From a virus (Duplodnaviria > Caudoviricetes), in the IMG/VR virus record IMGVR_UViG_2915066250_000005, positions 17,142-81,141 of that record: a stretch of 64,000 nucleotides of DNA. One strand, 5' to 3'. The notes under the pieces were generated by a model, which was not told where the DNA came from, ran no database searches, and was given only the letters and a program-made list of their open reading frames with translations. Below are positions 27,842 through 35,197 of the stretch, in pieces (within the stretch, counting starts at the first letter, position 1; every line of letters starts with the position of its first letter). Position numbers and translations under genes: made by a program.

Positions 27842-28029
27842 TATCTCTCACCCCCTTCATTTTGAATGGAAATCTCATCAATCCTATTGCTTGGAATAAA
27901 AACCATAATGTCTGATTTCTTTCCAAGGAAAAATCTGATGAGTCTTTCCCTTAACTTGATGGTCTTGCAATTGGCATATCCATCTGCTTTTGGTTCTTTT
28001 GAAACACTGATTAGAAGTTTATGTTTCAT
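27841..28029 (-). CDS. Conserved small phage protein, first gene of displaced replication module
   Basis: True start likely MKHKLLISV (GGAGG RBS); the longer ORF reads through the motif. Confidence 0.55.
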   Translation of the reverse strand: MKHKLLISVSKEPKADGYANCKTIKLRERLIRFFLGKKSDIMVFIPSNRIDEISIQNEGGER

Positions 28030-28075
28030 TTTTCTACCTCCATTTCTGAAGGACTTTTCTTTTGCCCTTCTATTA

Positions 28076-28103
28076 GGTAGCCTTGGGAGAAGGTAAAATC
28101 TGA
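28076..28103 (-). promoter_or_regulatory. Element-2 bipartite motif copy 2
   Basis: 19-bp identity with copy 1 (CTATTAGGTAGCCTTGGGA) plus AAAATCTGA block. Confidence 0.7.
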
Positions 28104-28125
28104 TGGTATTTATAAAAAATTTCAA

Positions 28126-28172
28126 AAAAAATAATGCCTACCAAGGATTTCTCCCCAGTAGGCACTGTTTTT
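28126..28172 (-). terminator. Terminator after endolysin
   Basis: TGCCTAC...GTAGGCA stem with A run on plus. Confidence 0.65.
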
Positions 28173-28178
28173 AATTAG

Positions 28179-29165
28179 TTATAAGAGTTCATTTACTCGT
28201 CTTTGTACTGCGTTATAGTCATATCCGGCTCTTTCAAGTCTGTTCTTTCTATCTTGACCATTGCCCCAATCACCTCGGATAACTTCACGAGCTAGGGTGT
28301 CAATAGATTTTCCAGTTGGTTTATTGCTACCACCAGATAAAATTTCGTTTACTCTGTTTTGAACAGAATTGTAGTTATAGCCTGCAGATGTAAGACGGTT
28401 TACTCTGTCCTGTCCATTACCCCAGTTTCCTGCAATTACCTCTCTTGCTAAAGTATCTACAGATTTAGATGGATCACTTGCTACAGGATAGACTGAGTTA
28501 CCATTTGCATCATAAACAGAATATCCTGGATTTGCATCGGCACACTTCTTTGCATTATCTAAATTTCTAAATGCACCTTTTTGACTCTTTGCATCAGCCC
28601 ATGACTTTCTTACTCTATAAAGGCTAGAACCTCCTGTGCTTGGTGCATTTGAACTACCACCAGCAAGCCTTTTATTTACCTCGCTTGCAATATATGAGAA
28701 CTTACTACCAAGATAAGGTCCCGGACAATTGGTATTGGCATACCACTCATGTTTTTGTAATACACCATCTTTTCCACCTGTATAGGTACAATTCTTTATG
28801 CCATTTCTTTTACAGATATCTGTAACTAAATCAATCAAGGTAGCAAGGACTCTATCGCTTACAGGCCAATTGCCTCCGTTACTTGAATTGGCTACTTCAA
28901 TAGTGATGGCTCTGTTATCACACCAAGAAGATGATGTACACCAAGAGCGGTTACTCTCATCTACACATAAAACGATTTTATTATCATTTCCGATTCCATA
29001 ATTACACGATGCCTGTCTTGAGGTCGGCTTAAAAATCTGACCGATAGTTGCTGCACTAATTGCACCTGCTGTATGGTGAATAGCAATTTTTGTAATGGGC
29101 TGATTTCTTCGTCCACTATGGTTTGGACTGTAATTTACTATACTAACTAATGAACTGTTACTCAT
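28179..29165 (-). CDS. Endolysin: Amidase_2 + SPOR-like + two Cpl-7 cell-wall-binding repeats
   Basis: IAIHHTAG, ASCNYGIG, AITIEVAN, HEWYANTNCPG; two LAREVI.G.WGNGQDR..RL..AGY repeats. Confidence 0.9.
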   Translation of the reverse strand: MSNSSLVSIVNYSPNHSGRRNQPITKIAIHHTAGAISAATIGQIFKPTSRQASCNYGIGNDNKIVLCVDESNRSWCTSSSWCDNRAITIEVANSSNGGNWPVSDRVLATLIDLVTDICKRNGIKNCTYTGGKDGVLQKHEWYANTNCPGPYLGSKFSYIASEVNKRLAGGSSNAPSTGGSSLYRVRKSWADAKSQKGAFRNLDNAKKCADANPGYSVYDANGNSVYPVASDPSKSVDTLAREVIAGNWGNGQDRVNRLTSAGYNYNSVQNRVNEILSGGSNKPTGKSIDTLAREVIRGDWGNGQDRKNRLERAGYDYNAVQRRVNELL

Positions 29166-29568
29166 GATTTTCCTCCTTATCGTTTAGCTGCTTTAATACT
29201 GCCTTTAGCTTTTCAGGAACAGGTAGTCCTAGATGAACGGAGTTTTCAATAAGTGATAGACCCTCATTTGAAAGGTAAAAGAAAACCACTGCGGTTCTTA
29301 GTACACTTCCAGACTTAATCACCTGCACATCAATGATGTTGGCAATACCAACAAGCATAAAAATAAGCACCTTTCTAAAGATGCCCTTAAATCCAACTGT
29401 ACTGGATAGTTTCTTATCTACCACAGCACACATCACCCCTGTGATGTAATCGATGACTACAAATAAAATAAGTGCGATGATAAGTCCATCACACCCGCCT
29501 AAAAAATATCCAAGCCATCCTCCAACTGCCGTAAAGGCAAGTTGGCACATATTCCATAATTCTTTCAT
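29158..29568 (-). CDS. Holin (phage holin 4-1 / toxin-secretion type)
   Basis: DYITGV, LSSTVGFKGIFRK, FYLSNEGLSLIEN..LGLPVP. Confidence 0.88.
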   Translation of the reverse strand: MKELWNMCQLAFTAVGGWLGYFLGGCDGLIIALILFVVIDYITGVMCAVVDKKLSSTVGFKGIFRKVLIFMLVGIANIIDVQVIKSGSVLRTAVVFFYLSNEGLSLIENSVHLGLPVPEKLKAVLKQLNDKEENHE

Positions 29569-29569
29569 A

Positions 29570-30103
29570 CTACATTCCTCCTAATATCATACTTAAATCA
29601 ACTGCTCTTATCATTGTGATAATAACAGGTAATTCCCTCTCCGGTTTTCTGCCAAAAAGATAAATTCGCATTTTTCCATCAGTTTCCAACCTAAAATCAA
29701 GGTCTAAATCACTGGTAATATTACTGACTTTGTCATAATCAAGTTTAATAAAAGAAGCAATACGTACATTTTCTTCCAGCTCTTGCCCCTGAAAAAACTC
29801 CATTATTTTGTCACAGTAGTAGATCCCATCTTCTAATTTCCACTCGTTCGGGTTTATAGAGAAAATTAGGACAACCGGTGTTATCTTTAATTCAAACTCC
29901 TCAAATATAGAGCGGTTTGCCTTTGCAAAATACTCCCTGTTGATTACTTCTTTTCCCTCGGAATTTGGTTCATACACAGGTGTTTCTACTGTCGGCTGTC
30001 CCTTAAAGGCAGGGCTTTCGATTGGTGCGAATCTTCCTTTTAGCTTAGCAAAGAACCTGTCTAAACCTTCTTTAGTTAAAAACTTCTTAGCCATAAGCAT
30101 CAC
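29570..30103 (-). CDS. Tail fibre / receptor-binding candidate
   Basis: FLTKEGLDRFFAKLK and APIESPAFKGQPT fibre-type motifs; divergent C-terminus. Confidence 0.5.
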   Translation of the reverse strand: MMLMAKKFLTKEGLDRFFAKLKGRFAPIESPAFKGQPTVETPVYEPNSEGKEVINREYFAKANRSIFEEFELKITPVVLIFSINPNEWKLEDGIYYCDKIMEFFQGQELEENVRIASFIKLDYDKVSNITSDLDLDFRLETDGKMRIYLFGRKPERELPVIITMIRAVDLSMILGGM

Positions 30104-30697
30104 CTAGACAAAAAGTGTGTCTATCTCTTCATTGGTGATGCTTGTAATATCTGACGTTTTCACATAGTCACTTAAATCAACTGAAGTTGTACCAATCTTC
30201 TCAAATTTACCATTGACAAAGATGTATTCATCATAGGCATCATTTTCAGCCTTGCTGTTGGAAACAAGGTAGATGGTTGATTTTTCTCCACTGGATGGCA
30301 ACTCTTCTACAACTGAAAATTCCAGTGCTTTAGTATTCCCAATAAGACTCTTTACTTCTTCGGTTAATTCTGCCTTTTTGATATAGTCAGCACCATCGGT
30401 AAGATCTGCTACCTTTTTAGGAAGTGCCGTGATTTTGGCATAAGCATCCATTCCATCAAGTTCACTAACGCTATGTGGGATTTCTATCTTTTTAGCATAA
30501 TCTGTAGCATCACTAAGGCTTTCTACCTTTGTTGGAATATCTACACTTTTTGCATAGCTATCTGCGTCTTGTAAATCTGATACATTCTTTGGAATAGAAT
30601 TTTTCACCTCATCAAGTTCTACCTTCTTTATAAAGGTATCCTTTAGTTTCTTCCATACATATAAAAGTCCATTATTATCTAAAAATTTTGTTTTCAT
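30104..30697 (-). CDS. Tail fibre-associated protein with four 19-aa repeats
   Basis: FLDNNGLLYVWKKLK; IPxxVxxLxDxxxYAK repeats; YDEYIFVNGKFEKIG. Confidence 0.6.
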   Translation of the reverse strand: MKTKFLDNNGLLYVWKKLKDTFIKKVELDEVKNSIPKNVSDLQDADSYAKSVDIPTKVESLSDATDYAKKIEIPHSVSELDGMDAYAKITALPKKVADLTDGADYIKKAELTEEVKSLIGNTKALEFSVVEELPSSGEKSTIYLVSNSKAENDAYDEYIFVNGKFEKIGTTSVDLSDYVKTSDITSITNEEIDTLFV

Positions 30698-30710
30698 TTA
30701 CTTCCTCCTG

Positions 30711-30926
30711 TTATTTCAATAATTCTTCCAGTTCTAAATTTGTAATTGCATTCAGCCCCAATTCTTCCAGACTCTTATCACCTACGAGTTTCACCTTATT
30801 TATCTTGGGCTGATTGATGAGACCGTTATAGTCATTTGTTCCACTCCCATCACTCACTCGAATGATGCTTTCAAAAGATACCTCCATCGGTGCATCTCTT
30901 TTAAACCTTGTCATAAACTCTGCCAT
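30711..30926 (-). CDS. Small baseplate/tail-associated protein
   Basis: DYNGLINQPKINKVKLVGDKSLEELGL in tail operon. Confidence 0.5.
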   Translation of the reverse strand: MAEFMTRFKRDAPMEVSFESIIRVSDGSGTNDYNGLINQPKINKVKLVGDKSLEELGLNAITNLELEELLK

Positions 30927-31222
30927 TAGATTTCTCCCTCCTTTAGAATTTCTCTAGCATTAGTTCTAATTAGACTTGAGGCAATAACGCTGCCATCAGA
31001 AAACTTTGCTCTTATTTGGATTGTCACAATTCCCTCTGTAAAAAGTAGCGTGTCTTTCTGAGATAGATAAACAGATACAATATTCTTTTGTATTTTTACT
31101 TCATCAATACTCTTCTCTAATACGACCTTGCCATTTTGCTTATAGGTAATAAAAAGGACAGATGCATTAGTTAAATCCACATCTGTCCTAAATATATTTA
31201 TTGGCGTTGTTCCTCGATGCAT
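30926..31222 (-). CDS. BppU-like baseplate protein
   Basis: RGTTP..F, ITYKQ, LSQKDTLLF, IQIRA. Confidence 0.55.
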   Translation of the reverse strand: MHRGTTPINIFRTDVDLTNASVLFITYKQNGKVVLEKSIDEVKIQKNIVSVYLSQKDTLLFTEGIVTIQIRAKFSDGSVIASSLIRTNAREILKEGEI

Positions 31223-31234
31223 TGGCCTTTCCTC

Positions 31235-31516
31235 CTATGCTTTTTCTTCATCTTTTGCCTTTAGTTTTAAGATTTCATCATTAAGTTCTTTTTCTCTATC
31301 TTCATAATATTTATCAATGCCTTCTCTAAAAGCCTCCACTTCAAGAGAGTTTTCTGTGATTACTGCAGATCTTACATCAGCAAGTATTCCAGAAAGTATC
31401 CCTTCTACCATATAGGTTGGAATTGGTATTTTCTGTTGCAAAGCTGATATAGTAGAACTTAACTCCCCTCGAAACTTCTGGTAGGCAAGGGCATAATTAA
31501 TGGTTGGCTTATCCAT
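31235..31516 (-). CDS. Tail-region hypothetical protein
   Basis: Start moved to MDKPTINY with AGGAGG RBS. Confidence 0.55.
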   Translation of the reverse strand: MDKPTINYALAYQKFRGELSSTISALQQKIPIPTYMVEGILSGILADVRSAVITENSLEVEAFREGIDKYYEDREKELNDEILKLKAKDEEKA

Positions 31517-31679
31517 GAGATTCCTCCTTGTCTTTAAGTAGTAAGTCCAATTTGTGATTGATTTCTTCAAGAAGTAAGGTGTTTTTATCGTCCTTTACTT
31601 CTTTCTTGGTCATAATATCCTTTTTTAAAGTGCCTTCATTGATGACTACTTCATTTGTGTTAATAATTAGTTCTGCCAT
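31509..31679 (-). CDS. 56-aa tail-region protein (not in ORF track)
   Basis: AGGAGG RBS; MAELIINTNEVVINEG...; stop overlaps next start. Confidence 0.55.
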   Translation of the reverse strand: MAELIINTNEVVINEGTLKKDIMTKKEVKDDKNTLLLEEINHKLDLLLKDKEESHG

Positions 31680-31690
31680 TTTACATCCTC

Positions 31691-34516
31691 CTAACCATAA
31701 TAATTTAAATCCATTAATACACCATCTTTAAAAACCATACGTCCATTTGAACCCCATCTAGATACAGTGCCATCTGAATTCATATCAAGTATCTGTACAA
31801 AGTTAATTGTGGCATTCACTCCAAATCCTGTTTCCCACTGTGGATCTACAATCTTAAATCCATGAGCATAAAGATTACAGCCAAGATGAACTCCATACTG
31901 GCTATAAATACTGTTAGATCTGGAAAAGCAAAGCATTGTAGTGTAACTCCCAGCATTAACAGATTCTTCTTGAGAAAATGCCATATATTTTCCTTCGCTA
32001 TCAAGGTCAAAAACTAAGCCTTTATGGGAGCTGTTACCACTCCAGACATTTGTACCAATCTTTCCGATGTATTTTCCATCACGATAGAAGTGGTTTCCGT
32101 TTTCATCAAAGACTGCTCTTTTATTACTGCTATCAATTGAACCGTTATATAGCCCAATCTCTCCTGCAGTAATCTGTACATATCTACTAGCACCATTAAA
32201 ACCAAGTAAAAAGCTGTTATAGTTTTGTCTCATAAAAGTACCAAACTCACCTTTTTTCACCATTGATGAGATAGAGCCTTCCACAACAGATATTTTTGAT
32301 ATTGCTGTTTCTGCCTTTTCCTTAGCTGTACTTATATCCTTGTCCACAACTCTTATCCAGTCAAAAGATAGAGAAGAACTGATGCTCTCAGTTGATGAGT
32401 ATTTCCACAATTTTCTAGTTCCATCTTTGTATGGCGAGTGTTCTGACTCTGGATAAGACGAACCTGAAAGTAAGACCGCATCACCCGCATCTGTTGGCAA
32501 AGTAGATTCACTTCCTATAACTTCTTGATTAGAATCAGCTTTCTTTATGGAGTCAATCTTAAAACCATAATAATCATGACCGGAGCCGTCACACCTCCAG
32601 TAAAGCCAAAACTTATCTGATGGAACAAATACCGTTTGACCCGCTATACTTGTTCCACCACATCTTGGAAGCGCATATGTCTTACCATCAAGTTCATAGA
32701 ATATTTCCACCCAGTCAAATCTTTCACTTTCAGTTCTAGATCTTGCGTTGAACTTAAGCTCTAATCCTTGCTTTTTCACAATATATCTGTAAGCATATCC
32801 CGTTGTCGTATCATAGAAAAAATCTCCAACATGAGTAAGCCTTGTTCTATCACTATTCCAGCTATTGGTTGGTGCTCTTGAATAATTCGGAACATAGGTG
32901 CCGTAATAATTGCCATTTTTCTGCTCAAGCTTTTGATTAACAGTTTCTACACTTGCCTCAATCTTTTTATCCGTAGCAGAAAACTTTGTATTTACTTCAC
33001 TGATGGTATAGTAGCTTTTTAACTTCTTATCTGTATCAGATATGGCCTCCTTCTTTGAATCAAGAATCTGCCTTTCCACTTGCGAGGTATAGGAAACTGA
33101 TAGTTTTTCAGCATCAATGGAGTGACTCATAATTCTTTCACCAAGTATCTGACCATCAAGTGTCATACCAACAGCATATGGACCCTTGTATCCATTACGA
33201 CTTCCACCAATACCGTTCATATTTATCTGAAGAACTTTTGTGGCTGTGTCTTTGTCCATCGTGTCCATATATAAGTCTCTAAGCCATCTACCAGAGGAAT
33301 CATATTCTGTTAGCTTATATCCACCAGTACCTGTATTCATTTGAGCCTTAAGGTTATCAATGGCACTTTGGACTCTTTCATTATCTATTTTTCTTGTGAC
33401 TATACCTTCTTCTTTTATCTGCCTTACTGCATCTTGAGAACTTTGGATATATCCTTTACTTTGATTACTTCCGAGCACCACCTTAATTTCTCCAGGCTTT
33501 TGCAGTGGTATGGTCTGTTTCATAACGGGAAAGATTCTATCCATTCCAAATGGATAGGCTCTGCATCTTACCCTATCCCCGCATTCAATGGTTTCTGTAG
33601 AGATTCCAAACTCAGATAAGTCAACAGCTGAAAGGTTTAGCTCTACCATTTCAAACTGATTATCCTTAAGCCACTCTGCTCCTTTTCTTAAAAGATTTGC
33701 AGGAATGGTAACATCATCCCAGCGTACCACCTTACAAACCCAACCAAATTCAGTGAGTGCCTCTTTAGAAACAAGATAGTTCTTACCATTATTTACTGAA
33801 GTAATATCTGTATATTGTTTTAGGACAGCATTAGCATCACCTTCTATTTCCTTACCAAGTGGAATGATGGCTGTTGCCACATCTTCTGCAGATAAGTCCT
33901 CCGTATAATCAAGAAGATTAAGTCCAAACTCTATGCTCTGATCTGTGTCTTTTCCCATTTCTTCAAGTCTTAAATAATCAAGGATTAAGTGAGTGCCTTC
34001 TCTTCTTAGGTTCAAATAGCCACCAAGCTTTTCTACCATCTTTGTCATAATAGCTTCGAGTGTGGTTTCATAATTGGTGTAGCGATATAAAGAGTCATTT
34101 GGATCAGTAACAGTCACTCTTCCAAGCTTTATTCTTTTTCTTTCATCCACTTTTTCGTTATGAATCTCTAAAAACTTTGATAGTAGCTGGTATGGAGTTT
34201 GGTTATGATATTCCATTTGTGGCTGAATGCTATCAGCTAGATATGATAAAAGACCTACGCACTGGACTTTCTTATTTCCTCGTAGGTCTTTTGTCTGTTC
34301 TCTTACTTCTCCTATAAAGATTTCTCTTTCATCTCGGTATACGCTGACAATGGATTTTCTGTTATAGATTTTTTCATAGTATGGATTTTCAGGCGGGCAT
34401 ATAAAGTTAAGAGTTCCTGCAGTATTTAGTTCCAAATTCAGTGTAGAACTAATTAAAACTGCCTTCTCATCGCCAGGATAATAGATGGTATTTCCATCCA
34501 ACACAATTTTATACAC
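31691..34516 (-). CDS. Tail spike / Tal (phage tail endopeptidase-like) with inserted CUB-like module
   Basis: N-terminal prophage-tail domain (IEFGLNLLDY, TAIIPLGK), coiled coil, GLYNG...VFDENGNHF C-terminus. Confidence 0.75.
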   Translation of the reverse strand: MYKIVLDGNTIYYPGDEKAVLISSTLNLELNTAGTLNFICPPENPYYEKIYNRKSIVSVYRDEREIFIGEVREQTKDLRGNKKVQCVGLLSYLADSIQPQMEYHNQTPYQLLSKFLEIHNEKVDERKRIKLGRVTVTDPNDSLYRYTNYETTLEAIMTKMVEKLGGYLNLRREGTHLILDYLRLEEMGKDTDQSIEFGLNLLDYTEDLSAEDVATAIIPLGKEIEGDANAVLKQYTDITSVNNGKNYLVSKEALTEFGWVCKVVRWDDVTIPANLLRKGAEWLKDNQFEMVELNLSAVDLSEFGISTETIECGDRVRCRAYPFGMDRIFPVMKQTIPLQKPGEIKVVLGSNQSKGYIQSSQDAVRQIKEEGIVTRKIDNERVQSAIDNLKAQMNTGTGGYKLTEYDSSGRWLRDLYMDTMDKDTATKVLQINMNGIGGSRNGYKGPYAVGMTLDGQILGERIMSHSIDAEKLSVSYTSQVERQILDSKKEAISDTDKKLKSYYTISEVNTKFSATDKKIEASVETVNQKLEQKNGNYYGTYVPNYSRAPTNSWNSDRTRLTHVGDFFYDTTTGYAYRYIVKKQGLELKFNARSRTESERFDWVEIFYELDGKTYALPRCGGTSIAGQTVFVPSDKFWLYWRCDGSGHDYYGFKIDSIKKADSNQEVIGSESTLPTDAGDAVLLSGSSYPESEHSPYKDGTRKLWKYSSTESISSSLSFDWIRVVDKDISTAKEKAETAISKISVVEGSISSMVKKGEFGTFMRQNYNSFLLGFNGASRYVQITAGEIGLYNGSIDSSNKRAVFDENGNHFYRDGKYIGKIGTNVWSGNSSHKGLVFDLDSEGKYMAFSQEESVNAGSYTTMLCFSRSNSIYSQYGVHLGCNLYAHGFKIVDPQWETGFGVNATINFVQILDMNSDGTVSRWGSNGRMVFKDGVLMDLNYYG

Positions 34517-35197
34517 TTATAACCACCCCCTCTTATATGAAATATCTAGTGTGCTACTACCTGTGCAGGTAAGCACTAAGTTCTTTCTTCCTCGAACTTC
34601 TGGAAATCTGCTCATGCCTTTAGGTAAACTAAACTTCTTTCCTTCAAAATTTAATGTTAGAACATTTTCTGTTTTATTATTAAATTCAGGAACTATGGTC
34701 ATATCTGAATCAAAGGTAAGCGTTATGGTTTTACTGCTTGTAATAGAAATACCATCAATCCTATGGATAAACTCGCCATTTCTCAAATCCCCTAGCCTAT
34801 ACTTATATGGTTCAAGCTTATAATCCAAAGTAATCAGAGAATAATTTTTATCTGACTTAAATTCACTCACCCAAAGCCTACCTTGATAGACATAGTCTTT
34901 TTCTGTATCAAGTACAAGACTTGTCTTTTTACCATGAACTGTACTTAGTAGTTTCCTATAGACCTCCTGCCACTTTTCTATGTCTGAAACAATAAACTCA
35001 AAGGAGCCTGTTCTCATTTCATAGATTACTTCTCCTGTAAGGCTTTCTGTTATATCAATTTCACCTTGTCTTCCAGGTATATCAAGGTACTCTAGCTTTG
35101 GTGATGGTAAGTTAACAACCGGCTTACTTGTTGGAACAAGTCCAAAGTCTTTATAACTATGAAACTCTCCTATTTTCATTCCGTACATTCTTACCAC
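34517..35197 (-). CDS. Distal tail protein (Dit)
   Basis: HSYKDFGL, DIPGRQGEID, Y.G...V..F; between TMP and Tal. Confidence 0.75.
   Translation of the reverse strand: MVRMYGMKIGEFHSYKDFGLVPTSKPVVNLPSPKLEYLDIPGRQGEIDITESLTGEVIYEMRTGSFEFIVSDIEKWQEVYRKLLSTVHGKKTSLVLDTEKDYVYQGRLWVSEFKSDKNYSLITLDYKLEPYKYRLGDLRNGEFIHRIDGISITSSKTITLTFDSDMTIVPEFNNKTENVLTLNFEGKKFSLPKGMSRFPEVRGRKNLVLTCTGSSTLDISYKRGWL

Noticed and set aside
27841-28125. 94-aa version of this ORF and the 14258 start of the HTH gene
   Set aside because: Both N-terminal extensions read through promoter motifs. Strong RBSs support starts at 28029 and 14339.
29570-34516. Diversity-generating retroelement acting on tail genes
   Set aside because: No reverse transcriptase and no TR/VR pair differing at adenines was seen.
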